Source of the DNA: Dictyostelium discoideum
Lineage: Eukaryota
Reading direction: 5' to 3'
Assembly: GCA_000004695.1 (NCBI GenBank)
Contig: CM000152.2
Coordinates: forward strand, 2,528,001 to 2,592,000
Length of the DNA stretch: 64,000 nucleotides
The notes under the pieces are model-generated. The model worked only from the letters and a program-made list of their open reading frames with translations, was not told the DNA's origin and did not search any database. This document shows positions 35,367-51,421 of the stretch, piece by piece (position 1 is the first letter of the stretch; the number at the start of each line of letters is the position of its first letter). The translations under genes and the position numbers were made by a program.

Positions 35367-37304
35367 TTAAATATTTGTATCAGATTTCCTAATATTTTGT
35401 AAAAAGTTATTTTTTGGAGTTGATAAAATCGGTTTTTGAGAATTATAATTATCATCTGAATCATCTTCACTTTCTGAATTATCACTTTCATTTTCTTTAT
35501 TTTTAGTTGATGTTGTTGTGGTTGTAGTTGTTGTTGTTGTATTTGTACTATTATTATTATTATTATTATTATTAGTTAAAATGGAAGACGGTATATTTGG
35601 TGAACTTGAAACATTATTTATAATTGGTGAAGAAGTTGGTCTATCATCATTACTTATTGACCTAGAATGACCACTACTACTTGATGTATTTACATTAGCA
35701 CTACTACTACTACCACTAAGATCAACTCTATTTCTATTGAAAATCTTTGTATTATATTCATCATCTGTAGAGATAACTGATTGATCATAAACAGATTTTG
35801 GAATTTTTAAGTAAGAAATGTTACCACTGATGACACGAGCAGTGAAATCTGGTACAAAGTGATCAGATTTCAAAGCACCAACACCAAGAGTAGAGAATGG
35901 ACCACCTTCACTAATAAAAGCTTCACTACCTGAACGAATTTCAACTTTACCTTGGAGGATGATTGTAAAGAAATCAGTGGCGACACCTCTGGTATAAATG
36001 AATTTATCACCTGTGGCTGGTCTATCGACATCCAAAACAATGGCACCTTTAGTGGAGAGCATTTTGATGAAAACATTTTCAGAGATGAACTTGGAGGAGA
36101 ATTCATCGATTGAACCACTAAGATAAGAGTAAATGGCTTTGACTTGTTGTGAGGATAATTGGGCGAGTGCAGTTTTTGGACCATGGAAAGAGCCGATTGT
36201 TCTATAGTCAAAGGTTGAATGATGTTGATTCTTCTTTCTAACCTCATGATACATATCATTCTCATCGAGAATTTCATCTTGAAGAATCTCTTCAATGATA
36301 TCTTCCAAACAAATGATGCCAAGGTTCTCATAGAATGGATCCCCTTCACCTTCGTTATTAACTTTATGTACGATTGCCATATGTGAACGACCAGTTTTAA
36401 ACTCTGTTAACATTTGATCCAATGATGTATCATTCCATGTCTTTACCAATTGTCTTTTGTATAGATTGAGAATGGTTCTAAGTGGTACTTTATCAGCTGG
36501 ATTCAATAATGCTAAATCTTTGACGTATAGACAACCTACAATATTGGATTTGTTTCCTTCAAATACTGGAATTCTACTATGTCCACTCTCTAAAATCAAT
36601 GTAATGGTATTATAGTCTAAAAGACTTTCAATATCAACACTAAATACTCTCTCCATTGGTGTCATAATTAATGAAACTTTTTTATGTGCAAAATCTAAAA
36701 CACCTGTTAACATTGTAACATCACTACGAGATACACCACTTTCATTTGCATGGGCTGAATGAATATCTAATAATTTTTTTAACTTTTTTAAAAAGAAAGA
36801 AAGAGAGAGAAAAAAAAAAAAAAATATTTATTAATAAAATATTAATAAAAAAAATAAATAATAAAAAAACTTACTTGATTTCTTGAATAAATTGTACCCA
36901 TTTCATTACCTAAAATCCAATCTAATGTTAAACTGATTGGATAAGCAAATGGGAAAAAGAGAAAGATGAAAACATAAACGATATAGATTGTATGAGCACC
37001 AACTGCTAAACCATGTCTTGAACATGCGGCTTGCGGTATAATTTCACCAGCAATAACGATAATTGTAGTTGATAAAATAAAACCAACGAAACCACTTGTC
37101 AAATCGGCAAGGAAAATTGATAAAAGTGCATTTACACCTACATTACCCAATAAAAGGGTACAAAGTAGTAAATTACCTTTTTGTCTAACCGGATATATAA
37201 TTTTTGCATATTTACTTTCTTTCGCCGTCCCACTCGCTATAATAATCTATATATATATGTTCAAATAAAAATTTTTTTTTTTTTTTTAATTGGAATTAGA
37301 TTGG

Positions 37305-37342
<38 letters not shown>

Positions 37343-37484
37343 TGATTTAATTTTTAATATTTACCTCTAAACCAGTAATATCTAAGGACATAATACCTAA
37401 AGTTAAACCAGCAAAAAGACCAGAGATAGCAACCAAGACGATAATTGAAATCCATTGGAAAAAATAATACTGAACTGATGTCAT
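35367..37484 (-). CDS. CNNM/ACDP-family metal transporter homolog (DUF21 + CBS pair + cNMP-binding-like), about 635 aa, 3 exons: join(37484..37365,37246..36875,36782..35367)
   Basis: Exon 1 is the DUF21 start (SGLFAGLTLGIMSLDITGLE). Exon 2 has GTAKESKYAKIIYPVRQKGNLLLCTLLLGNVGVNA...GEIIPQAACSRHGLAVGA (CNNM hallmark GEIVPQAxCSRHGLAxGA) ...YSRNQ|GTAAGT. Exon 3 (acceptor AAAAAAG|TTA) starts LKKLLDI... (~REKLMEMLKV), then a CBS pair and a cNMP-like fold, then a Ser/Asn/Thr-rich tail. The nested ORF 35870..36349 is antisense/overlapping noise. Confidence 0.85.
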
Positions 37485-38022
37485 AATGTTGTATATATAT
37501 AAAAAATGTATATAATAATTATATTATTAATTATATACAAAATAAATATATATATATATATGAAATAAATATAAAAAAAAAAAAAAACTATTTGTAATTT
37601 AGAAATTACAATTGTGAAGAAAAAAAAAAAATTCGTTTTTTAAAGAGGATTTTTTTTAATATTAAATTTTAAAATTAAAAAAAAAAAAAAAAAATTTAAA
37701 AAAAAAAAAAAAATAAAAAAAATAAAAAATTAAAAAATTTTGTTTAAAAAAAAAAAAAAAATAATGATTGACATTTAACTGGGCAAACTCATGTCCGCAA
37801 GCGGCGTGGTCAAAAATATTTGGAGTGAATAATGAATTTTACAATGGAAAAATAAAAATAAAAATAAAAAAAAAAATAACAATAAAATTTTTTAAAAAAA
37901 AAAAATAAAAATAAATATAACACTTTCGTGTTTTAAAAATAAAAAATAATCACAAACCACTTTATTTTTATTTTAAATTTTTTTTTTTTTTTTCTTTTTT
38001 TTAAAAAATAAAATTCTTGATT

Positions 38023-38715
38023 TCAATTTATATTATTATTATTATTATCATTATCATTATTATTATCATTATTATTATTAATATTATTATTATCATTATT
38101 ATTATTATTATAAAATTTTATGGATTCAATCATTTCAATATAGTTATTATTATTAAAATGATCTTCATTAATTCTATCAATTGAAGCACTAAAATTAAAT
38201 AAAGGTGCATAAATTTCAGTTTTGAAAATATCAAACATTAATTTAATCGTGTAAAATAATAAAAGTGACCAAATTATAAATAATAATGTATTTAAAATTC
38301 TAAATTTTAATTCAATACCAAAGTTTGATCCATTTTCTAATAAATCTGAAATATCATAAATTGAAATAAAGAAAATTATCTCTGATATAAAACAATACTA
38401 AAAAAAAAAAAAAAAAAAAAAAAAAAAGAAAAAAGTTAATAAAATTAATAGTAATTTAAAATATATATTATTAAACATCAAATTAATTATTACGATTATT
38501 AAAAATGATTTTTTTAAATTTTTCAAAGTTAATAAACCAACAATAATTGAAATAATATTTAAAAAAAAATTAATAGCTTCTAAAATACTAAAAATCCATG
38601 GTAATCTTGTTGCTAATAATAAAATAAATATCCATTTAATTTGAAATGATTTCCTTTCATAATAATCATATCCTTGATATTCATAATAATCACACATTGA
38701 TAATATTGAATTCAT
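38023..38715 (-). CDS. Hypothetical small multi-pass membrane protein (about 170 aa, probably 2 exons)
   Basis: ORF 38398..38715 (hydrophobic segments) probably splices through ATC|GTAATAATT to a poly-T...TAG acceptor just upstream of 38395. It then continues in the frame that holds ORF 38023..38238 (YCFISEIIFFISIYDISDLLENGSNFGIELKFRILNTLLFIIWSLLLFYTIKLMFDIF...). No homology recognised. Confidence 0.3.
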
Positions 38716-39009
38716 TATTTTAATTTGTACTTGTAATAATTTTATTCTTTTATTTTTTTTTTTTAATATTTAAAAAACAAACAAACAAATCAATTTTTTT
38801 TTTTTTTTTTTTTTTTTATATTTTTTTTTTATTTTTCCCAATAAATAAAAAAATAATTATTAAATTGTAAAATTCAAACATAAAACAGTTACCAAATTTC
38901 CTTTTTGAAAATCATTTTTTCATTTTTACAAAAAAAAAAAACATCAATTAATTTTTTATTTTATTACTTTTTAATAATTTAGAATTAAAAAACATTTTGG
39001 CTATTAAAT

Positions 39010-40081
39010 TTAATAAGCAAATACAACATTAATTGGAGATTGAAAATCTGGCCATATATTTGAAATGATGTAACTTGATAATGAAAATTTGTTATTTATT
39101 GATAAAACATTTAAATTAATTGCAGTTGGAACATTTTCATTTTGACATAAGAAAACCAATGATTTATAATCAGACGATAGGAATAATGGATTGTATAATT
39201 TTGGTTGACCAACGTAAACTTGTTGTTTAAATTCTTGTTTACAAATATTACCAAAACCATGTTCAATAATTTTGCAACCTGTAAAAGAACCATCATCATT
39301 AACTAATACTAAATAAAGATCATCCAAGCTTTCATTACCATTAAAAATCATACTAATTTGATTTGACGATGTGCCACCAATACCGTAATATTCATAAACA
39401 GTTTCATTTGGTGTTTTTTCATTAACTGAAATGTTGAATGATAATGCATTAACTGAATTATCAGAACCGGTGTATGCTAAATACATAAGTTCCAATTGTT
39501 GATTTACACCCGTTGCAACTGGTGAGCCTTTGACATAAGCATATGCTTGAATAAATACATCTTTACTTGTATTATCCATGAAATTTAAAATTGTAACATG
39601 AATAACTTGGTTGGTATAACTATTATTTATAATGTATGCAATTTTATTAACAATTAAAACTTGTTGATTTGGTAAATTAATTTCATTCTTTGATTTAATA
39701 ATACCGATTTCAATTATTTTTTTGTCTGTAATTTTATAAGCATATAAATAATAATTTTGTTCTGATGAACATAAAATATTTATCTTTTTTTTTTTTTAAA
39801 TAAAATTAATTAATATTTAACTTAATTTTTTTTAATTTTTTTTTTTCTTTTTTTTTTTTAATACAAACTGTATCTGGGTCTACTATTTGTGTTGAAATTA
39901 TTTGATATTCGATATCAAGATTAATACCTGGTGAATAGGCATTAACATTTGGATTAATAATATTTAAAATTTGTTTTCCACTAATTTCATCAAAACTTGT
40001 AAGAGAATAAAGTAAATTTGAAGAAGCTAAAGAAATTAAAAATTGGAAAGAAATTAAAAAAAGTATAAAGATAAACTTCAT
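39010..40081 (-). CDS. Hypothetical secreted protein (about 330 aa, 2 exons)
   Basis: Exon 1 is ORF 39806..40081 with an N-terminal signal peptide (MKFIFILFLISFQFLISLASS), ending at ACA|GTTTGT. Exon 2 enters via AAAAAG|ATAAATATT in the frame of ORF 39010..39579 (...INILCSSEQNYYLYAYKITDKKIIEIG...MDNTSKDVFIQAYAYVKGSPV...). No homology recognised. Confidence 0.4.
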
Positions 40082-41080
40082 TTTTATTTTTAATATTAAT
40101 CAAATCAACAAAAATAATATAATAAAAAAAAATTTAAATAAGAAAAAAAAAAAATAAAAAAAAAAAGAAAAATAAAATCAGAATAGAATGGAATTATGTT
40201 CGAAAAATATTTATGACATCACTTTAATTTTTAAACCTATTTCCTTTTTTTTTTAAATTTCCTTTTTTTTCTAAATTTCCTAATATTTTTAAAAAAATTT
40301 TTTTATTTTTTTAGATATTTATTTTCTCGAATTGTTTTATAATAATATCAATTGGAGAAAATAAATAAAAAAATAAATAAATTTAAAATTTTTTTTTTTC
40401 TACATACGATAATTTCAGATTTAACATTTTTACAACATTTGAATTTGTTGTTTTTTTTTTTTATTTTCTTTTTTTTTTAACCATAAAAAAAAAATAATAT
40501 TAACCAAAAAAAAAGAAAAAAATATAAAAAAAAAAAAATTAAGAAAAAGCAACAAAAAAAGGAATTAAAATCGAACATAGTTATGTATTTGTATTATAAC
40601 CTATTTTGGAATTATTATTTATTTATTTATTATTTATTTTTTTTTTTTTTTTTTTTTATATAAATCACTTTTTTTTTATTTTTTACATTTGAATTTAAAT
40701 TGATGGTTGTTTTTAATTAAAATGAAAATTCATGTTTTGGTATTCAATTCAATAAGTTTCAAAAAATATTTGGTTTTTGAATTAATATCATTTAAATGGT
40801 CCACAACATTTAATAATACTTTTCCAAAAACCAAAATATTTTATGAAACATATTAAAATGAATTAAAAGATGTGTTTACAAACATTATTTTCAATCTGTA
40901 AAACTGTTGTGGTGGTTTATTTGTATTGTTAGTAATGGTATTAAAATTGGTATGAAAAAAAAAAGATAATATTTTATACAATTAGAAATTATTATTTTTA
41001 TTTTTATTTTTTTAATAGAAAAACATTTCAGGTTACTAGATAGATCCAAACATTCTCCTATTCATTTTGGAACCATAAAT

Positions 41081-42624
<1,544 letters not shown>

Positions 42625-43083
42625 TTTAAAATAATTAATTTTTTTTTTTTTTTTTTTTGTTTTTTTTTATATAAAATTTATTATACAAATAAAATTATAA
42701 AACAAAATTGTGATTTTGAAAAAAAAAAAAAAAAAGAATAAATTTATTAGATTTATACCCTTTTTTTTTTTTAAACAAAATTTTTTAAATATAAAAAAAA
42801 AAAATAAAAAAAAATAATTATTTTTAAAAAAAAAATAATAATTAAAATTAAAATAAATAAAATTTATATAAAAATGATAATAAATTATGATAATAAAAAA
42901 AAAATAAAAAAAACCTATATAAAACCCACCCCTAACTTAACACACCCGCTGTGTTTTCATAAATAGAAAAAATTTAAAGAATAAAAAAAACAATTGGTGA
43001 TTATTTTAATAAATTCTATTGGATCATCAAACATTTCTTTTGATTTTTCATATTATTTTATGACGTTTTTTAATAATTGTATC

Positions 43084-43120
<37 letters not shown>

Positions 43121-43536
43121 TTTTTTTTTTTTTGTGGTTAATTAATAGCTTTTTTTTTTTTTTAGGAATGATAAAAAGAAAAAAATAAATTAAAAAAAAA
43201 TTAAAAAAAAATTAATTGAATAAAAAGGGCCCTTTATTTTTAAAAACAAAAAAAACAATTTTTGACTTTTAAAATTTGAAAAAACAACCCTTCCTTTTTT
43301 TTTTTTTAATAAAAAAAATAAATTTTTTTAATTTTTTAAAAACCCCAAAAGGTTTTTTTATTACAAGGGGGGGATAATAATTTTTTAAAAAAAAATTTAG
43401 GTTAAAAATTTAGGAAAAAAAATAATTTTTTGAAAAATTATTTTTTTTAAGATATCCATTTTAAATTTCCAGAATTTTAAAAGATTCAATCCATTACCCA
43501 CAACAATATGATATCATTATTGTGTGGAATCTTCAT

Positions 43537-43571
<35 letters not shown>

Positions 43572-44022
43572 CCTTTGAACATGTAAATTAATTTTTCCAA
43601 ATCTGGGAAAAAAAAAAAAAAAAAGATTTTTTTTAACATCGAAAAAGAAAAAAAAAACCCAAAAAAGAAATCTTTGAATTAAAAAAAAAAATAAAATAAT
43701 TCAAAATAAAAAAAAAAAATAACAATTTTTTTTTTTTTTTCTTTTTTTTTTTTTTTTTAAAAAAACGAGCCGTCTTTTTTTTTTTTTTTTTTTTTTTTTT
43801 CTTTTTTCGTTTTTTTTAAATATAAAAAGGTTTATTATCAATTTTATTTTTTGGATTTATTTTATATACTAAATTTGTAAAAAAAATAAAATAAAATAAA
43901 AAAATAAAATAAAAAATAAAAATAAATCTTACCTTTTTTTTTCATTCAAAAACCACCGCACTTAAATTAACCATAAAATATTAAAATTATTTAAAACCAA
44001 TTATTAATAAATAACCAATACA

Positions 44023-47000
44023 ATGACAAAAACCAAAAAAACCACACCAAAACCAACAACACCAACAGCAACAAAGGTAGCAGATACATTAAAGAGTAAA
44101 AAAGGAGTACCATCCACAGTTAAAACTTCATCAATTGCAAATCATAAACAAGTTGGTGTATTAAATAATAAAGAAAGAAAACAACAATTAAAGAAATTAA
44201 AATTACAATCAAATTTATCAAATCAATCAACCAATGTTTATAATAATTCCAATAGTAATTTATCACATGAAAATATTTTAAAATCAGTTATTGATTCTTA
44301 TATTTTACCATTAACAACATCAACATCAACCACCACCACCACCAAGAATAATTCAGCAACACCATCTTCATCATTTTTAGATATTAAAACTTATTTACCA
44401 AATGTAATTGTATTATTACATCAAGGTAAATGTTTAAAGAAATGTTTAGATTCAAATAATAAATCAGCTGAAAGTATTAAATTACGTGAAAGATGGATGG
44501 AACTTTTAGGATTCTTATTAAAACCAAATAATAATAATCTTTGGGTTGGTGTTCATTTACTTTGTGAAACTGTACGTGTTTGTGATTATGAAATTATGAT
44601 TAACAAATTAGAACATTGGATAACAATTTTAACAACATTAATTGAAAATCAAAAAAAAGTTTTAACTTTAAAGAACCAACAACAAAATCAACAAAGTCAA
44701 CAACAAATACCAAATACAATTTCATTTAAAGAATATGGATCAATTATAATATTATTATCATTATTAGTTGAAAAAGCAACAAAATGGAATGACTTAAAGA
44801 GAACAATTACAAATAATACAGTTATGTCACCAATTGTATCATTGATTTTATTATCATTAGATCAACAATATGGTTATCCAGATGAATGTAAAATAGATTC
44901 ATTAGTTGCAATCACATCATTGATTCAATCGGCTACTACTGCTTTAAAACCATACCTTTTCAAAATTGAACAATTGGCTTATCCATTACTCTACAGTTCA
45001 AATAAATCAATTCAAGAGAGTACTTCAACATTAATTGCCAATCTTTCACAATGTGTTGGTATTAATACAACCGATTTATATTGGGATATTTCTGTTCAAA
45101 AGATTTTAGTTGAAATGAATACAATTGTTGATAAAGTTTTTAATATATTTGAAGATCAAGATCAAACTAATAGTAATAATAAATCAAATGTAGTTGATAC
45201 TACTACTAATAATAATACTACAACTACATCAACTTCATCAACTGGTAGAACTATTAATTTACCAAATAATAGTAAATTATTAAATGTTGGTGATGATCAA
45301 GTTATTAGTATGTTAAAAAATTTATCATCTGTTAAATTCCCTGATACTCCAAAAGATGTTCATGCACAGACTTCATTTTATATTAAAGCTTTATTTGGAC
45401 TTTCAAATTGTCTCTTACGTATTTTATCAACAAGTTCATCAACACCTTCACCTGTACCAATTGATGAAATTATTAAATTAATTTGTAGAATTTTAAATCC
45501 AAATTTAAATCATCTTGCTTTTTCAAATTTAAATTTAGTATGTATCTTTTTTTTAAAAAAAAAAAAAAAAAATATAAATATATATAAAATATTAATATAA
45601 TTACTTTTTTATTATTTTTTTTATTATTTTATTAAATAGTCATTTTCAATTTCAGAAATGATATTTTTAATTCAACAATTTCATCAACAAGCATTTCAAT
45701 TATTATCAGGTATTTTAAAAATTTTTAGAAAATCATTATTAGTTCATAGTAAAACCATTTCATCATTATTATTAAGACCATTGAAATCATTAAATTATTC
45801 ATTAATGAGTCCAACAATTCATTCACAAATTTATAAAACCATTACAGATGCAGTTGAATCATTTGGTGCATCAAGTTCTGATTCATTGGCAATCCAAGTT
45901 TTACCAATATTATTAAAAGATATTTTACCATATATTCCAGAAGGTGGTAATAGCAACAATTCAATGTCAACAACTCAAAATACAACTTTATTAAATTCTT
46001 CAAAATTAACAATTTCTCAAACTATTAATAATGTTGATCCAACTTTAAATGATTTTGATTCTTTATCAATTAAAGAAGATGCTTTATCAGCTTTATCAAG
46101 TATACTTTTACATTGTGGTTCATATCTTCAACAACAACAACAAAATAATAATAATAATAATAGTAATTCATTTGGTACAGACAGTAATAATAATAACGGT
46201 CCAAAAGTTAAACAAATTTGTAGATTAGAAATTGATCAATTATTAGTATCATTATTATTAGAATGTCAATCATTATCAAGTGTTAAAAAGAATTCAACCA
46301 CTTATTTAAATAGTAGTTATAATTGTTGGAGATATAGATCAAAATTATATGAATGTTTAATTCATTGTGTTTTAAAACCAGTTTCAAATATACCACCAGT
46401 TTTACCATACTCAATTCGTATATTTACAAATGGTATGAGTAATGATCATAATCCAAATGTTAGAAGCATTTGTTGTAAAGGTGTTTCAATTTGTGAATCA
46501 ATCATTCATCCACAATGTCCATCATTAACTACTACTGCAACTACCACTACTTCAGTCACTTTTAATCAAAATCCTTCATCAGTTTATAAGAATTTATTAA
46601 ATTCAAATACAAATGCAATTATGGGTCAAGAAGATGACGATTTTGAAGAATCAAGTGATTTTGATGAAAATTTAAATGATCAAGAAGATGAAGATGAAGA
46701 TGATGATTTAGAAAATGAAATTGATGATAAAATTCAATTAGAAGATGATGATTTAGAAGTTGAAGAAGTTGAAGAAGAGGAAGAAGAAGTTGAAGAAGAA
46801 GAAGAAGTTGAAAAAGTTGAAGAAGAAGAAAAAGAAAAAACTATTGTTCATACAACTACAACTATTACTACTTCACAAAATAATAATATTGTAATGAAAA
46901 CATCTTTATTCAATACCTCAACACTTCAAAAACAAGCTACTGTTGCTCCAAAAGTTTCTAAAATCGAACCAAAGAAACCATTAATCGCCGATAATAATGA

Positions 47001-47055
47001 TGTTTCAATTGATGATGGTGATGATGATTTAGATTTACCAGATATTGAAGATTAA
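44023..47055 (+). CDS. Large hypothetical protein (about 976 aa), 2 exons: join(44023..45537,45640..47055); basic N-terminus, helical-repeat-like middle, acidic Glu-rich C-terminus
   Basis: ORFs 44023..45600 and 45658..47055 join via TTA|GTATGT (phase 0) and AAATAG|TCA. The N-terminus is Lys/Thr-rich, the body is predicted alpha-helical (HEAT/ARM-like guess only), and the C-terminus has EEVEEEEEEVEEEEE. No confident family. Confidence 0.5.
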
Positions 47056-50000
47056 TATCTTTTTTTTTAAAATTAAAAAAAGAAATAAAAAAAAAAAATA
47101 AAAAAAAAAAAATAAAAAAATTAAAAAAAATAAAAAAAAAATAAAAATAAACATAAATTTAGAAAATTAAAAAAAAATTAATATCAAATACCAAATGGTT
47201 TTTGATTTAAAATAAATAGTTTTATTGTAAATATATCTTTTTTTTTTTTTTTTTTTGTTTTAAAAAATAAATAATTATTTGATTGTTAAAATAAATAGGT
47301 TTTTTTTTTTTTTTTTTACTTTTTTAATAATAGTGATAGTAATGATTTTGATTATTTGCATATCTGTTTAATAATAATTATTATAGATATTAGTATTATT
47401 TTTATTTTATTTATTTATTTATTTTATTTTTTTTATTTTTTTTTTAAAAAAAATTACATACAAATTAGAATAATATTTTTAAGAATTAATCATATTTTTT
47501 ATATAAATTTTTTCTACTTGTAAAATATTTATGAAATAAATGTTTATTATCTTCATTTATAAATAAATTATGAAAAACAAACTTTCCTTCATTAGAGTTT
47601 GAAACTAAATTATTATATGTATCATTTCTACACGAAGTTGGTAATAATGGTGATAAAGGTGGTGATGAAGTTTCTGATGAAAACGATGGTGATGATGGTG
47701 GTGTATTATTATTTACAAATATAAAATTATTTGGAAATTCAAAATAATTTATATCATTATTATTTTTATTATTATTAATTATATTATTAATATCCATTTT
47801 TTATTTAATTATTTTTTTTTTTAAAGTGTTAATTTATAAAATTATATTTAAAATAAATGATAAATCTTAATGAGTTTAAATAATTGGTTTTTTTTTATTT
47901 TTTTTATTATAATTTTTTATTTTTTTTTTTATATTTTGAAAATAAAAAAAAAAATGTATATGTATAATTATATTAATATATACTTTTAGTTTTTAAAAAG
48001 GTAAATGGATAAATCATCGCATCAATTGTTGCAACATCATTTTATTAAACTTTGGAGTGAATAAAATAAATGTTAAATTTTTTTACATCAGTTTACAAAT
48101 ACAAAAATGGAAAAAAATACTCACTATTGCACACATTCGTTCACCCCACTAACTAATTCGAGTTTTTTTTTTTTTTTTTTTTATAACACTTTTTTTTTAT
48201 TTTTTTTATTTTTTTCAATATTTATTGATATTAGGGTATACAAATATGTGGGTAAAATTTAAAAAATAACAATAAATTAAGCAGTTTTTTCATTGGTAAA
48301 AATAATAGTAGAGTATCTATACTTATTTCTATTAACTATTAATAACGTTTTTAAATCTTAATACTTTGACTTTAATTAATTCAAATGATATTAATCTAAT
48401 TTTTATAAAAAAGGAATAAAAATAATAAAAAAAATTATTATAATTTTTATTATTGTTAATATTACCATTATCACCCACTTTTATCTTTTTTAGTATTTTT
48501 TTTTTTTTTTTATTTTTTTTTTTATCACCCATTTTTTATCACTGCTAAAAATAAAATCCAATATAGGAAAAAACCAACTTAATGAGAACAATCCTATCAT
48601 CATTAATGATTATTTTTATTTTTAGAAAATAAGAATATACATATTATCATTTCTAATTAGGAATTGCTAATCTATTTTTAAAAAAAAAAATCATCATTAC
48701 ACAGGATTAAAAAAAAAAAAACAAACAATACAAAACTTTAAAAATCACACATGTGCAATTCAAATAAAAGAGACTTTTAATAAATAAAAAATATCATCAT
48801 TACACAGGATTAAAAAAAAAATAAAAAATAAAAATATTAGTTAATATTTTATTTATATATAAATATATACTTTTTTTTAAAAAAAAATAAAATAATGGTT
48901 GTTTTTTATATTTTTATTTTACTGCTATATTAATAAAACTTTTTTTTCCTTTTAGCATTTTTCTAAAATCTTTATAATAAAAATAGATTATTCATCACTT
49001 TTCAAATAAAAAAAAAAATAAAAATAAAAAATAAAAAAAAATAAAAATATTATTATAAATTATATTTTCTATTATTACTATAATTAACACTCCTTTATCT
49101 TTTTGGTGTTTGTCATTTAAATTGTTTTTTTTTTTTCTATTTTAATCTAAAAAACCAAATTTTTTTGTTTTTTATTTGGAAAATAAAAATTGGTTACCAT
49201 TTTGTGTGTTTCTTGTTTTATCTATTTTATAATTTATTAAATAAAAAAAAAAGTCAAATCCTATTAAGTTGAACTAATAATTATAATAATAATAATAATA
49301 ATTTTATAAATGTGTTACATGTTGTCAATGAAATGGTAGTGAATGGGAAAAAGAAAAAAAGTTTAGGGTGGTATGTTTCCTTGGAAAATATTTAAAAAAT
49401 CATTTTATTATTTAATTTTTTTTATTTTATTTTTTATTTTATTTTTAATTTTTCAGACCCACCATCATCAATGATTAATGTTTATTTTTAGGAAAATTGT
49501 CACCCAAACTCATCTTAATAGGAAATGCCGAGCAATCCTCCTTTCATTTTTTATTTTTTTTTTTTATTTTTTTTTATTTTTATTTTTATTTTTTTTTTTT
49601 AACAATTATTCAACAAAATTGTGTAAGGATTTAAAAAATTAAATAAAAATTTGCTCAAGTATTTTTTTTTTTTTTTTAAAATAATTGAAATGAGCCATTG
49701 TTTTATTTTTAAATATCATTCCATTAAATTGATTGAAAAAAAAAAAAAAAAAAAAATTAAAAAAAAAAAAAAAAAAAAAAATTAAAAAAAAAAAAAAAAA
49801 AACCAAAAATAAAAAACTAAAAATATTTTTGTGACCAATAATCAGTTTTGATCAAACACATCTATTATACAATCACCCCTCATTATCACCCATCTTTTTA
49901 GAACATCTCACTTTTTTATTTTTTTTTATTTTTTTTATTTTTTTTTCTTTCATAAAAATTGTTAAAAATATTAGCTTTTTTTCCTTTTGAAAAAAAAAAA

Positions 50001-50910
50001 AAAAAAAAGAAACCAAAAAAAAAAAAAAACAAAATTTGTAGTAATATTAAAAAAATAAAAAAATAAAAAAATAAAAAAATAAAAAAATAAAAAAAAAACA
50101 CCCACAAAAATAATATTTGCAAATTATAATTTTAAATAAATAAAAAGTCATTAGACAATACCATAAAAAAAAAAAAAACAAACATCAACAACCAATAAAA
50201 GGAGATATTAGAATTTAAAAAGGCGATTGATTTATATAGGGAATTTTTTTTAACATTAAAAAAATAAATTAATAAATAAAATAATAAAATAAATATACAA
50301 TAGGTAAATATCGGATATTAATTATTAAATATCATCACCATCACCATCAATCATTATCATCACCAATTTAAGAGTTCAAAAAAAACAACTCGTCCATATA
50401 TCTAAATTATAATAATTAATTTTTATTTTTTCCTTTTTTAATAATCCAATTTAATTATTTTTTAAATTTATAATAATAAATAAAAAAAATTAAAAATTCA
50501 AAAAAATAAAAAAAATAAAAAAAAAATTATAAAAAAAAAAAAGCTCATCATTAATTGTTTATTTTTGAATAGTAAGATTATAAATTTATATTAATTCATT
50601 ATATATATATATATTTGATTTTAATACCACCCATTATTTAATTTTATTTTTTTTTTAATTTTATTTTTTAATTTTTTTTTTTTTAAAATTTTTTTTTTTT
50701 TTAAAAAATAATAAAAAAAAAAAAAAAAAAAAAACCACATAACAATTAAGAAATAATCACACGTTCATACACATAATAACAATAAAAATAACAATATATA
50801 AATTAATATTAATATTTATATACATATATATATATATAGTAAAAAATAAAAATAAAAATAAAAAATAAAAATAAAAATCAAATAAAAATAAAAATAAAAA
50901 AAATCAAATA

Positions 50911-51144
50911 ATGTACAATTCATTTCAAGAAAGGCAACCAAATACTGACAATATAATCAGTGCAAAATTGAAATTGAATGAATTCTTTTTAACTTATTTA
51001 TCCCAGAGTGAAACTACACAATATATTCATGATTTACTCAATGGTATAAGTCAATCATCTGGTCAAAGTTCAAAGTCAACTCCTTCTTCACCTTCAACTT
51101 CACCATATAAACAACCTTATCCTTTCTTAAATAGTAATAATAAC

Positions 51145-51191
<47 letters not shown>

Positions 51192-51345
51192 TAATAATAG
51201 TGCATCAATAACAATACCAATCCAATTTTCATTGGGTGAATCAACCAATGATAATTCAAATGAAAATAATAGCTCATTGAAATCTGATATAAAAATGGAT
51301 GAAGACGAATGTAATAATAATGATAATACTATTAATAATAATGAA

Positions 51346-51421
<76 letters not shown>

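Noticed and set aside
35870-36349. 159-aa ORF nested in the CNNM gene
   Set aside because: Alternate frame inside a well-supported exon with strong CNNM homology.
47486-47797. 103-aa minus-strand ORF (and 48332..48532, 49916..50122)
   Set aside because: Short, low-complexity, no splice or homology support. Probably chance ORFs in intergenic DNA.
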